From a bacterium (GTDB lineage Bacteria > Zhuqueibacterota > Zhuqueibacteria > Oceanimicrobiales > Oceanimicrobiaceae): a stretch of 64,000 nt of DNA. The translations under genes and the position numbers were made by a program. The stretch is from the NCBI GenBank assembly GCA_046757525.1, contig JBHHYI010000001.1, forward strand, positions 96,001 to 160,000, written 5' to 3'. Positions 54,698-64,000 of this stretch are shown one piece after another (position 1 is the stretch's first letter; the number at the start of each line of letters is the position of its first letter). The notes under the pieces are model-generated. The model saw nothing but the letters and a program-made list of their open reading frames with translations, was not told the origin of the DNA and did no database searches.

Positions 54698-55486
54698 ATG
54701 ATCAGATCGCTTCGAACGGCTGCTTTAGGCATGTCAGCCCAGAGTCTGCGAGTTGACAATATTGCCAACAATCTGGCCAACGTCAACACCACGGCTTTTA
54801 AGAAAAGCACCATTGAGTTTCAGGATTTGTTCTACCAGAGCTTTCGCCCGGCCGGGGTCAAAGATCAGTCGAATGCTGAAATTCCCACCGAGCTGCAAAT
54901 TGGGCACGGCAATCGGCCAGTGGCCACGATCAAAAACTTTTCGCAGGGAGATGTGGTAAACACCGGCAACGCTCTGGACCTTTCTTTAAACGGGGAAGGA
55001 TTTTTTCAAATTCAACGGCCGGACGGTTCCATCGTTTACACCCGGGACGGCAGCTTCAACCTCTCTTCTAAAGGGCAGATCGTCAATTCCTCCGGACTGC
55101 TCCTGGATCCGGAAACCTCGATTCCGGAAGAGGCGGTCAGCATCAATGTTGGTTCAGACGGCAATATCTCCGTCCTGCTGCCCGGCGAATCTACTCCGCA
55201 GGAAGTTGGTCAGATCGAGTTAGCCAAATTCATCAATCCGGCCGGTCTCAAAAGCATCGGAGGCAATCTTTACGAAGCCACGGCAGCTTCCGGCGAACCC
55301 ACGCTGGGCACACCGGGAAGCGACGGCATCGGCAGCGTGCTACAAGGCTTTCTGGAAAAATCCAATGTGGAAGTGGTGCAGGAGATGGTTGAGCTGATCG
55401 TAGCGCAACGCGCGTACGAAATCAACGCCAAAGCGATCCGGACGGCCGAGCAAATGATGGAAATCGCCAACAATATTAAACGATAG
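54698..55486 (+). CDS. flgG: distal rod protein FlgG
   Basis: ANNLANVNTTAFKK, FQDLFYQ, YTRDG, AQRAYEINAK. Confidence 0.97.
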   Translation: MIRSLRTAALGMSAQSLRVDNIANNLANVNTTAFKKSTIEFQDLFYQSFRPAGVKDQSNAEIPTELQIGHGNRPVATIKNFSQGDVVNTGNALDLSLNGEGFFQIQRPDGSIVYTRDGSFNLSSKGQIVNSSGLLLDPETSIPEEAVSINVGSDGNISVLLPGESTPQEVGQIELAKFINPAGLKSIGGNLYEATAASGEPTLGTPGSDGIGSVLQGFLEKSNVEVVQEMVELIVAQRAYEINAKAIRTAEQMMEIANNIKR

Positions 55487-55497
55487 TATGAGAAGTG

Positions 55498-56241
55498 ATG
55501 GAGCAACCGAGAGAAAACTGGCTGGACAGGCGATCAATACTGTTTGCAATGGTCCTTTTGTATTTTGGGTCGGGGGTTTGTGATGTTCGCAGCGCCAGTG
55601 TGCGAAAGATACCGGCGAGGATGAAGGAGAGCATCGAACGCTATGTTTACCAAAACTCCGACGTCCCCAAAGAGGACGTGGTGATCGAATTTGGTTCCTT
55701 CAGCGGAGAGATTGCCAACATAAGCGCAGCCGCTGAATTCAGAGTATTGCCGTCCAGAGGTAAGATCAAAAAAGGCAGCCAGATGATTCGGTGCGGCTTG
55801 TTTCTGGACAATGAGTTGCTCAGGCGCTTTGCGGTCCGGATCAACGTGCGGGTTTTTCAGACCGTGGTTGTGAGCAACAGACCCCTTTCCCGCCTGACCC
55901 TTCTGGCAGACGACTTCTTGAGCCTGAGCAGACGAGAGACCACCCATATTTCAAGAACCATTTACACGTCAAAGGATGGACTGGTGGGGCTGAGGACCAG
56001 ACGCTTCGTGCAATCCGGTGAAATCGTGACCGAGGATTTGGTGGAAGTGCCACCGCTGATTGCCCGCGGCAAAGAGGTGAGAATCATTTTCAAGAAGGAC
56101 GCTCTGGAGATTTCCGTGACGGGCGTTAGCCGAGAGGACGGGCGTTTGGGAGAAACGATCAAGGTAAAATGTCTGGAAACCAACAAGACCTTCAAGGCAA
56201 ACGTGGTGGACGCTACCACGGTAATCGTACCATTATTATAG
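55498..56241 (+). CDS. flgA: P-ring chaperone FlgA
   Basis: SAF domain; PPLIARGKEV, EDGRLGETIKV; start uncertain. Confidence 0.92.
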   Translation: MEQPRENWLDRRSILFAMVLLYFGSGVCDVRSASVRKIPARMKESIERYVYQNSDVPKEDVVIEFGSFSGEIANISAAAEFRVLPSRGKIKKGSQMIRCGLFLDNELLRRFAVRINVRVFQTVVVSNRPLSRLTLLADDFLSLSRRETTHISRTIYTSKDGLVGLRTRRFVQSGEIVTEDLVEVPPLIARGKEVRIIFKKDALEISVTGVSREDGRLGETIKVKCLETNKTFKANVVDATTVIVPLL

Positions 56242-56250
56242 GATGCTGAC

Positions 56251-56895
56251 ATGAAAAATCTGAGTACAAAGACCCGAATAGCCGCTCTAACCGTCGTTCT
56301 GTTTGTTGCACAAACTGGCTTTGCACAACAGTACAAATATTTCCGGCATCCGTCTCTTTACACCGACGTGAAAGCCCGAGGGATCGGAGACGTGATTACC
56401 ATCCTGATTGTAGAGGCCACCAACGGCTCTCGACAATCGGATGTGACCTCTTCGGACAAATCTGCGCTGAGCGCTTCCGGAAGCGTCACCGGCAATCTCA
56501 CTAAATTCCTGCCGTTGTTTGGGGCCTCGTCTGACTTTTCCAAGAGTTACGACGGCAGCGAGGCAACGGCGCAAAAGGACCTGCTCACTGGCAAAATCAC
56601 CGCCGTGGTCACGCAATTTACGCCAAGCGGGAATTTGGTTTTGCAGGGCAAGAGGCGTTTGGAAGTAAACGGGGAAACGCACATTTTAGAACTAAAAGGC
56701 ATTGTCAGACCCAAGGACATCGACTCGAACAACATCGTTTTTTCCTATAATCTCGCCAATGTGGAAATCGCTTACAAGAAAGCGGGCCTGATGAACAGGC
56801 TTGGGAAGCCCGGTTGGGTCGCGCGCTGGAGCACCTGGCTGCTGGCCCTGGGTTTAGGTGGGGCGGCTTATTTAGGCGTTTCAGCAGCTAATTGA
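56251..56895 (+). CDS. flgH: L-ring protein FlgH
   Basis: LYTDVKARGIGDVITILIVE, GNLVLQG, GIVRPKDI; no lipobox Cys. Confidence 0.93.
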   Translation: MKNLSTKTRIAALTVVLFVAQTGFAQQYKYFRHPSLYTDVKARGIGDVITILIVEATNGSRQSDVTSSDKSALSASGSVTGNLTKFLPLFGASSDFSKSYDGSEATAQKDLLTGKITAVVTQFTPSGNLVLQGKRRLEVNGETHILELKGIVRPKDIDSNNIVFSYNLANVEIAYKKAGLMNRLGKPGWVARWSTWLLALGLGGAAYLGVSAAN

Positions 56896-56911
56896 AGGAC
56901 GTCGCTCAAAA

Positions 56912-58039
56912 ATGAAACCTAAGCTCCTACAATTCTGGCTGTTGCTTGTTTGTTGTGCGTACCCACATCTGGCCACCAGTCAGGCACGCATCAAGGACAT
57001 CGCCACCTTTCAGGGGATGCAGCCTTACCACCTTCTCGGTTACGGCCTGGTGATTGGTCTCGACGGCAGTGGGGACCGGAGCAGCGGCGCAAGCGGCGCA
57101 ATTTTTACCGTCCAATCGGTGACCAACATGCTGGAAAAATTCGGGATTACCGTACCTGCGGAGAAATTGCGCGTTCGCAACGTGGCCGCTGTCATGGTTA
57201 CGGCCAAAATGGAACCCTTTCTCAATGTGGGCACCAAGCTCGACGTCACCGTCTCTTCACTGGGCGATGCCAAAAGTTTGGAAGGTGGAATCCTCCTGGA
57301 GACGCCTCTGTTCGGAAGCAACGGTGAACTTTTTGCCCTGGCGCAAGGGCCTGTTTCAATCGGGGGATTCAATATTGAAACCAATGAAGGGGAGAAGGTA
57401 CGTCAAAATTACGCGTTAGTCGGCAGAGTCCCCAATGGCGGGTTCATCCAAAAGGCTCTGCCGTTTGCATTTGACCGGGGGAGGCCTTTGGGAATCTTGC
57501 TGAGAAAGCCTGATTTCACCACGTCTGCGCGGGTTGCTGACCTCATCAACAGGGATTTCGGCGCGTCGCTGGCGTCCCCAATCAATGCAGCTACCATTTG
57601 GGTACAATGGCCCAAGGACCTTCACACGCAGGGCGACATGGTTCGCTTTATTGCCAAAGTTGAAACACTAAACGTGGTGCAAGACCGGACGGCCAAAGTG
57701 GTGATCAACGAACGAACCGGCACCATTGTGGCCGGCGGCGACGTGAGGATTTCTGAAATCATGGTTTCGCACGGCAACCTCATCATTCGAACGCGCAGGG
57801 TGCCGGTCATTTCACAGCCCGCACCATTTAGCCGTCGGGGCAGGACCGTGGTGGAAGGGGTGAGCGAAACCACAGTTCAGGCGGATGACGCCCACACGGT
57901 GGTCATTCGCAACACGGTGAACGTGAGCGACATTTCTTCAGCGCTGAACCAACTGGGGGTGAAACCCCGGGACATCATTGCCATCTTTCAGGCCATCAAA
58001 GAAGCCGGAGCGTTACAAGCAGAATTGATCATCATGTAA
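56912..58039 (+). CDS. flgI: P-ring protein FlgI
   Basis: RIKDIA, GYGLVIGLDGSGD, NVAAVMVTA, INERTGTIV. Confidence 0.97.
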   Translation: MKPKLLQFWLLLVCCAYPHLATSQARIKDIATFQGMQPYHLLGYGLVIGLDGSGDRSSGASGAIFTVQSVTNMLEKFGITVPAEKLRVRNVAAVMVTAKMEPFLNVGTKLDVTVSSLGDAKSLEGGILLETPLFGSNGELFALAQGPVSIGGFNIETNEGEKVRQNYALVGRVPNGGFIQKALPFAFDRGRPLGILLRKPDFTTSARVADLINRDFGASLASPINAATIWVQWPKDLHTQGDMVRFIAKVETLNVVQDRTAKVVINERTGTIVAGGDVRISEIMVSHGNLIIRTRRVPVISQPAPFSRRGRTVVEGVSETTVQADDAHTVVIRNTVNVSDISSALNQLGVKPRDIIAIFQAIKEAGALQAELIIM

Positions 58040-58050
58040 AAGGGTCACCG

Positions 58051-58833
58051 ATGAACGTTGAATTCAACAGCCTGCAAAAGCAGGACCTGCACGATTTCCA
58101 AATAGAAAAAAACGATTTAGGTAAGACTGGCGTTCAGAAGCACAGCCACGGTTCGCTGCGAAAGGCGGCGCAAAACTTCGAGGCATTTTTTCTGACCCAG
58201 CTACTGCAAACCATGCGAAAAAGTATTCCGAACTCCAACCTTTTTGGCAAGGGTCAATCCGGGGACATTTACAAGAGTTTGTTTGATGAAAAGATTGCTG
58301 AGGCTGTCGCCAGCAAGGGGGGCATTGGATTGGCCGATATAATAATTGAAGATTTGCAAAGGAACGATGAGCGACAGACACCCGCTTCCGGACAATCCTT
58401 ATTAGATTACAGACAACTTTCCCGATGGAACAGGCCTGCGCCGGGCGCACACGAAAATTGGGATCGCAGCGTGATTGCTGAGGCGGCCAACCGATTCGAC
58501 GTGGCCCCTAAGCTCATCGAGGCGATCATTCGGGTGGAGTCGAACTACCGGGTCACGGCTGTCTCCCCAAAAGGCGCTGCCGGTTTAATGCAGCTCATGG
58601 AGTCAACAGCGCACGAAATGGGGGTCTCTGACAGAATGAATCCCACAGAAAACATTTACGGTGGGGTTAAATATTTCAAATCGCTGTTGGATCGATTTCA
58701 TGGAAAGTTGGAGCTGGCCTTGAGCGCCTACAACGCAGGGCCTGCGGCGGTTGAAAAGTACAACGGCGTCCCGCCTTACCCTGAAACGCAACGCTACGTG
58801 AAGAAAGTTTTGGAAATCTATCAAGAGCTCTGA
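58051..58833 (+). CDS. flgJ: FlgJ rod-binding domain fused to SLT lytic transglycosylase
   Basis: AAQNFEAFF...GIGLAD; VESNY, SPKGAAGLMQLM, AYNAGP, ETQRYV. Confidence 0.9.
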   Translation: MNVEFNSLQKQDLHDFQIEKNDLGKTGVQKHSHGSLRKAAQNFEAFFLTQLLQTMRKSIPNSNLFGKGQSGDIYKSLFDEKIAEAVASKGGIGLADIIIEDLQRNDERQTPASGQSLLDYRQLSRWNRPAPGAHENWDRSVIAEAANRFDVAPKLIEAIIRVESNYRVTAVSPKGAAGLMQLMESTAHEMGVSDRMNPTENIYGGVKYFKSLLDRFHGKLELALSAYNAGPAAVEKYNGVPPYPETQRYVKKVLEIYQEL

Positions 58834-59336
58834 TGATGGAAGAGATTATTGAAGAATTAGTCGTGGTCATTTCCAAAGAAGTCAAAGCGTTTAATCAGCT
58901 CCTAAAAACCTTGCGCGAAAAGCAGCGGGCGATCGTGGAGGGAGAAATCGAACGGCTAAAAAAGCAGGTGACTGCTGAAACCAGGATCGTCCACGAAACC
59001 AAAACCCTGGAAGCCCAAAGAATTGCGCAAACCCGGGTGTTGGCTGAGGTCCTGGCACTGGACAACATGAATCCTCGCTTGAGCGAAATCATAGAAAAAA
59101 TCGAAGCAAAATACGCCCAGCGTTTGACAGAGCAGCGGAGCTTGCTGAAATCGTTGATGGAGAAGATTCGAAGCATCAATGAAAGCAACCAGTTCCTTCT
59201 GAATTATTCTTTGCAGTTCATCGAAAGCAGCCTGAGTTTGTTGCTCAGTGGAAATGACGACATGCCTGTTTACCAACAGGATGGTACCTGTCAAAGAGAT
59301 TTGCGGCAAGCAAAGATTCTGGACCAAAGGATTTGA
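58833..59336 (+). CDS. flgN: chaperone FlgN
   Basis: Helical; NESNQFLL; ends ILDQRI; precedes flgK. Confidence 0.88.
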   Translation: MMEEIIEELVVVISKEVKAFNQLLKTLREKQRAIVEGEIERLKKQVTAETRIVHETKTLEAQRIAQTRVLAEVLALDNMNPRLSEIIEKIEAKYAQRLTEQRSLLKSLMEKIRSINESNQFLLNYSLQFIESSLSLLLSGNDDMPVYQQDGTCQRDLRQAKILDQRI

Positions 59337-59343
59337 GTGAGTC

Positions 59344-60723
59344 ATGTCGGATTTACTGAGAATTTTTAACATTGGCAGGAAGGCCCTGAGTGCGCACCAA
59401 AGCGCCATGAATACCGCCGGACACAACATTGCCAATGTTAATACCAAGGGCTATTCCAGGCAGCGCGTAAACTTGACGGCCAGCAGACCCCAATTCACGC
59501 CCCGGGGCATTTTCGGCAGTGGAGTTGATATCGAAAGTGTTGAGCGCGTGCGAAATAAATTCATCGACCAACAGTTGAGCCAGGAACGCCCGTCTGTCGG
59601 TCAATATGAGTTCCTAACCGACTCGCTGCAATCCGTTGAAGATGTGTTTAACGAACCATCCGAGTTTGGTTTGAATCGCGCGATGGAAGACTTCTTCAAT
59701 GCTTTTCAGGATTTAGCCAACGACCCAGAGAGTGCTTCAGCGCGAGTGGTGCTCAAGAACAAAGCCTTGACTCTGGCCAGCGGTTTCAATCGCGTCCAGC
59801 GCCAGTTGTCGGACCTCAACAAGCAGTTGAACCAGGAATTGCAAGTGAAGGTGGATGAGATGAATCGACTCGGCAGCGAAATTGCCGAACTGAATAAAAA
59901 GATAGCCAGCTTTGAACTTGGCGGTTCCGAGGCCTCTGATTTTCGGGACCAGAGGGACCTGCTGATCGACCAACTGGCGAAGCTAATAAATATCAAAACC
60001 AACGAGAACGAAGCCGGCGTCCTCAGCGTGACTGCCGGAAGCCGCTTTCTGGTGGTTGACACGCGCGTTCAGAAATTCGCTTTGCAAACCAGTTCTGAAG
60101 ATTCAACCGGTCCGCAAGTTGTGTCCGAGTCGGGTGGGCAGGTGGTGGATATTGCCAGTGGCAGCTTGAAAGGACTTTTGCAGGCCCGCGACGAATACAT
60201 TCCTGATTATCTGAGCAGGTTAGACCTCTTAGCCCAAATCGTCGCTTCTGAGGTGAACACGCGCCACCGTTCGGGTTACAACCTCGCCGGGGAAACCAAT
60301 GTCAACTTTTTCAATGACGGCATCACGGGTGCAGCAGATTTTGCTGTGACCGAAGAGATCAGCAATCGGCCGGAACTGATCGCCACGGCCTCTGAACCCA
60401 ACAAACCTGGAGATAACAGCACGGCACTCGCCATCGCCGGGCTGCAAAACGATTCGCTGATGCAGGACGGCACGGCTTCGTTAAGCGATTTTTACAACGG
60501 GCTTCTTACCGACGTGGGTTCACAAAAGCAAGAAGCGAGCAAATTCAAGGAAAATTTTAGTCTTTTCGTTGAGAAATTGGAAGCGAACCGGGAGTCGATT
60601 TCCGGGGTTTCGCTGGACGAAGAGATGACAAACTTGATCACCTCCCAACATGCCTTCACGGCGGCAGCCAGGTTTATTGCGACCGTTGATGAGATGACCC
60701 AAACCATCTTGGATATGCTTTAG
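59344..60723 (+). CDS. flgK: hook-associated protein FlgK
   Basis: GHNIANVNTKGYSRQ, DQRD, SGVSLDEEM. Confidence 0.97.
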   Translation: MSDLLRIFNIGRKALSAHQSAMNTAGHNIANVNTKGYSRQRVNLTASRPQFTPRGIFGSGVDIESVERVRNKFIDQQLSQERPSVGQYEFLTDSLQSVEDVFNEPSEFGLNRAMEDFFNAFQDLANDPESASARVVLKNKALTLASGFNRVQRQLSDLNKQLNQELQVKVDEMNRLGSEIAELNKKIASFELGGSEASDFRDQRDLLIDQLAKLINIKTNENEAGVLSVTAGSRFLVVDTRVQKFALQTSSEDSTGPQVVSESGGQVVDIASGSLKGLLQARDEYIPDYLSRLDLLAQIVASEVNTRHRSGYNLAGETNVNFFNDGITGAADFAVTEEISNRPELIATASEPNKPGDNSTALAIAGLQNDSLMQDGTASLSDFYNGLLTDVGSQKQEASKFKENFSLFVEKLEANRESISGVSLDEEMTNLITSQHAFTAAARFIATVDEMTQTILDML

Positions 60724-60737
60724 TAAGAGCAACGACT

Positions 60738-61631
60738 ATGAGAATCACCGACAACTTGATCAACAAAAACTTCTATGAAAACATCAGCCGTACACGGAAA
60801 AAGATGGTGCAATTGCAGTCGGACATCGCCACTACCAAGAAGGTACGAACGCCTTCCGACGATCCCATCGGGTTTTCCAGGGCTACCCGGTTTAAGCTTT
60901 TGAAAAGTCGCAACGAGCAATACTCGAAGAACATTCAGCAAGTTTCCGACCATGTCTCCGGAGCGCTCGCCGCCATTGATTCGGCCGTGGACATCGTTTC
61001 CCATGCCAAAGAACTGGCCGTTCAAGCTGCCAATGGCACGCTGGAGGAGACGACCAGGGGGAGTATAGCCAAGGAAGTCGACCAAATGATTGAGTCGCTG
61101 GTGACCAAAGGGAACGCCAAACATGACAATCGGTTCATCTTTGCAGGAACGCAAACGCTGGGAGACCCGCCATTTGTCAGAAACGGGGACGTGATTCAGT
61201 ACAACGGGGACGATGGCGTGATAAAAAATACCGTTGGCGACGGGGTGGAGGTGGCTACGAACAAGCCTGGAACCGAGGTTTTTAAGCCCGGCGGTGGTGT
61301 GGACATCTTTGACAGCATGATTGCCTTTAAGCAGGCGCTCGAGCAAAATGACGTCGCTGCCATCGAGAATTCTATCGATGATTTGGGCCAATCTCTGGAC
61401 CATTTGCTCACGGTTTCCGCAGATTTTGCCGGGCTGCAAAACAGGTTGGACGCCACAGAAGAATTGATTCAATCGCATAACCTCAAACTCACAGATGCCG
61501 CCTCCAGGATCGAAGATACGGATGTAGTCAAAACCATCATTGACTTTCAGAATGCACAGAATGCCTACACCTTTGCTTTGCGTTCTTTCCAACAATTGAT
61601 TGACACCAGCTTAATCAATTTCCTCAGTTAA
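60738..61631 (+). CDS. flgL: hook-associated protein FlgL
   Basis: MRIT, PSDDP, FIFAG, SLINFL. Confidence 0.96.
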   Translation: MRITDNLINKNFYENISRTRKKMVQLQSDIATTKKVRTPSDDPIGFSRATRFKLLKSRNEQYSKNIQQVSDHVSGALAAIDSAVDIVSHAKELAVQAANGTLEETTRGSIAKEVDQMIESLVTKGNAKHDNRFIFAGTQTLGDPPFVRNGDVIQYNGDDGVIKNTVGDGVEVATNKPGTEVFKPGGGVDIFDSMIAFKQALEQNDVAAIENSIDDLGQSLDHLLTVSADFAGLQNRLDATEELIQSHNLKLTDAASRIEDTDVVKTIIDFQNAQNAYTFALRSFQQLIDTSLINFLS

Positions 61632-61668
61632 CAGCCGTTTAGAACCAACTCATGTTTAGGAGATTACA

Positions 61669-62277
61669 ATGGATAAAAATAAGACACTGAATCATGGTCA
61701 GGAGAAGATGTTAGAAGGCACCGCTCTGTTGCACCAGGGTGAATTGGAGCGAGCCCGAGAAAGCTATGCGAAAACTCTGGGGGGTGAACCTGAGAATCTC
61801 GAGGCCCTGTACGGAATTGGGATGATTCACCAGCAGAGGAACGAATTTACGTCTGCCAGAGAATATTTTGAGAAGGCCTTGCAATGCGACGCAAACAATT
61901 CCCACCTGTTGAACAGCTTCGGGGTGGTGTCGGCCCATTTGGGCGACCGCGAGGCAGCCATTCATTCCTTTGAGAAAGCCATAGAATTGGACCCGGCTTT
62001 TGTCCAGGCAGAAAGAAACCTGGCCGAAATCTATATTGATTCAGGAGAATTTGAAAGGGGCGTAAAGCATTACATGGAAGCCTTGAAAAGGGATCCAGGA
62101 GATGTGGACACCTTGCTGGCCATCGCGGAGCTTTATTTTGAAATCGGTGACTTTGAGTCAACAGAATTCATTCTCAAGCGAGTCCTGGAAATAGACCCTG
62201 AGAACGAATTCGCCAGAGAAGCCATCAAAATAAATTCAGCTAAGCTCGCCGCGCTTAGCCAGGTTGGACCGGAATAA
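61669..62277 (+). CDS. TPR protein
   Basis: About five TPR repeats; AGGAG RBS. Confidence 0.9.
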   Translation: MDKNKTLNHGQEKMLEGTALLHQGELERARESYAKTLGGEPENLEALYGIGMIHQQRNEFTSAREYFEKALQCDANNSHLLNSFGVVSAHLGDREAAIHSFEKAIELDPAFVQAERNLAEIYIDSGEFERGVKHYMEALKRDPGDVDTLLAIAELYFEIGDFESTEFILKRVLEIDPENEFAREAIKINSAKLAALSQVGPE

Positions 62278-62308
62278 ACACCGGGTCGAGTTGCAGGTTA
62301 CGGCTAAA

Positions 62309-63994
62309 ATGAGAGGCAGCAAAAAAGAGATCGTAAGGCTCTTCAGGACGAACCAGGTGGAGCAGGCTTACCTGAGAGCAAAAGCTCTTTTGACGGAATT
62401 CCCCGCTGACTATGAGCTGCATTACATCCTGGGCATGATCCATGGTTCGCAGTACCGCTATGTCGACGCCTTGCAATCCTTTAGTCGGGCCCTGACTTTC
62501 AACCCAGGGCACAGGCCGTCGCTGACCGAACGGGGCATTATTTTTATGACGCTCAGACGGGATCGCCAGGCCCTGGCCGAGTTTCGTGAAGCGCTCAGAG
62601 TCGATCCTCTTGCGCACGACGTCTGTCATTATGTCCGTGAAATCGAAAGACGAATGAAGCCAGTGGAGCCGACCCTTGCCGCCTGTCTCATCGTAAAAAA
62701 TGAAGCAAAACACCTGCCTAACTGCTTGAAGAGTATTCAGGCTGTGGTGGACGAGATGGTGGTGGTAGACACCGGCTCTGAAGATGCCACTCCAGAAATC
62801 GCACGGCAATTCGGCGCCCGGGTCGTGCAGTTTGAGTGGCGGAAGGATTTCGCTGCTGCCAGAAATTTTGCCATAAGACAGGCTGAGAGCGATTGGATTT
62901 TGCAAATAGATGCGGACGAAGAGCTGTTTCCCGAAGACCAATACAAGATTCGTGAGATCATCCACCAGAGGGATTGTAACGGGGCCTTTGTAGCAATGAG
63001 AAATAGAAACTCGAGCCTGTTTGGCGAGAACCCGTGCACGGTTCACTACCTGGTGCGCCTCTACCGCAACCACAGATCGATCTATTATGTCAATCCCATT
63101 CATGAAACGTTGAAGATATCCGGTGAGGTTGTTGCCACCGACATCAATTTCCTGCATCACGGCTATAATTTGGACGCCGAGTACATGAAGCAGAAACGAC
63201 GGCGAAACGCCGAGATCCTGTATCAAAGGTTGCAATCTGACCCGAGCAACATTACCACCCTGTTTTATCTTTCCATGATGCATTTGGGCAATGAAGAATA
63301 TGACCAGGCTGGAATCTACGCAAAGCAGGTCCTGGAGAAGCTGAGTCCCCAGGACGCGAAGAAGCAGCATTTTTATTTGATGATGCTCAACAATCTGGCC
63401 TGGATTCATGTAGAAAAGCAAAACTATGCGTTGGTGCAGAAATACTGCGAGCAGGCCATTGCTATAAACAGCAATTACTTAGATCCCCAATTCTTTTTAG
63501 GCCTGAGCTATTTTAAGGAGGAACAGTATGAGAAAGCCAGGGAGACCTTTGAAAGATTCCTGAAGAAATATGGAGAGATCACACAAAACCCTGTGTTTAA
63601 TTTGTTTGCCCATTCGTCTCATGCCTATTTGTACCAGGTTTATCACCTCCTGGGCAAGATATCTCGAAGAGAAAAGAACTATCCCGTGGCGCAAAGGATG
63701 ATGTTGAAGGCGATCGAGAGCAACCCCAATTTCTGGATCGGGTATGCGGACCTGGGTTACCTAAGCATGGACCTGAGCGAGTGGCAAAAAGCTGCTCACT
63801 ATTTGTCGACGGCCGTCAGCATTGCGAAAAAGAGCCCGCACGTCAACAGGAACAATAGAGTCGTTTGGTTTGATTTTTTTAACCTGTTGAAGAATTATGT
63901 TGCGGTGCTAAAAAAATGTGCCGGCGCGGCAAAAGCGGCTCCTGTTAGCGTATCTTCAACCGTGCGCCAAGAATCAAATGCTGAACAGAGTTAG
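62309..63994 (+). CDS. TPR-GT2-TPR glycosyltransferase, likely flagellin glycosylation
   Basis: CLIVKNE, VDTGSED, DFAAARN, IDADE, HHGY flanked by TPRs; start 62264 or 62309. Confidence 0.9.
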   Translation: MRGSKKEIVRLFRTNQVEQAYLRAKALLTEFPADYELHYILGMIHGSQYRYVDALQSFSRALTFNPGHRPSLTERGIIFMTLRRDRQALAEFREALRVDPLAHDVCHYVREIERRMKPVEPTLAACLIVKNEAKHLPNCLKSIQAVVDEMVVVDTGSEDATPEIARQFGARVVQFEWRKDFAAARNFAIRQAESDWILQIDADEELFPEDQYKIREIIHQRDCNGAFVAMRNRNSSLFGENPCTVHYLVRLYRNHRSIYYVNPIHETLKISGEVVATDINFLHHGYNLDAEYMKQKRRRNAEILYQRLQSDPSNITTLFYLSMMHLGNEEYDQAGIYAKQVLEKLSPQDAKKQHFYLMMLNNLAWIHVEKQNYALVQKYCEQAIAINSNYLDPQFFLGLSYFKEEQYEKARETFERFLKKYGEITQNPVFNLFAHSSHAYLYQVYHLLGKISRREKNYPVAQRMMLKAIESNPNFWIGYADLGYLSMDLSEWQKAAHYLSTAVSIAKKSPHVNRNNRVVWFDFFNLLKNYVAVLKKCAGAAKAAPVSVSSTVRQESNAEQS

Positions 63995-64000
63995 AAAATT

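Noticed and set aside
51395..63421. Long antisense ORFs (51395-52432, 60720-61595, 62255-63421)
   Set aside because: They lie opposite fliA, flgL and the glycosyltransferase; codon-bias shadows.
23953..64000. Flagellar cluster as a recent island integrated at tRNA-Pro
   Set aside because: No integrase or tRNA 3' duplication seen, composition looks similar by eye, and a sigma28/FlgM-like locus lies in the core region. Not excluded beyond the window.
1..64000. CRISPR array, rRNA, intact transposase or prophage
   Set aside because: No regularly spaced repeats or matching genes observed.

Overview
A bacterial chromosome segment with no CRISPR array, rRNA or intact mobile element. Gene content suggests an FCB-allied lineage such as KSB1/Calditrichota; this is an untested inference. 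(1) 1-24 kb is mainly housekeeping: a sigma28-driven FlgN/FliT-like + FlgM-like pair, 7 tRNAs without encoded CCA, purM-gpsA-usp, asnS-acyP-apt, rimP-nusA-infB-rbfA-truB-ribF-rpsO-pnp, an M16 peptidase, ald, a deacetylase and merR overlapping tRNA-Pro. It also holds two small ORFs missed by the ORF track, REP/MITE-like palindromes and an hsdR relic. (2) 24-25.5 kb is a decayed AbiE type IV toxin-antitoxin locus whose toxin is internally deleted. (3) 25.5-64 kb is a roughly 38 kb flagellar cluster with its own kinase/sigma54-activator pair and two near-identical sigma54 promoters sharing an enhancer motif. Best candidate for an undescribed system: a TIGR02530-family gene with a nuclease-like FSxHA motif, directly followed by a two-hairpin RNA element in front of flgE, with another strong hairpin after flgE. 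This may be a protein-RNA module controlling hook mRNA. Also unusual: an 802-aa FliK with three FliK-C-like domains, FlhB with NPTR instead of NPTH, no fliM or flhG in the cluster, a non-lipoprotein FlgH and a degenerate HD-GYP gene between fliR and flhB. All assignments come from reading motifs by eye; no searches were run.
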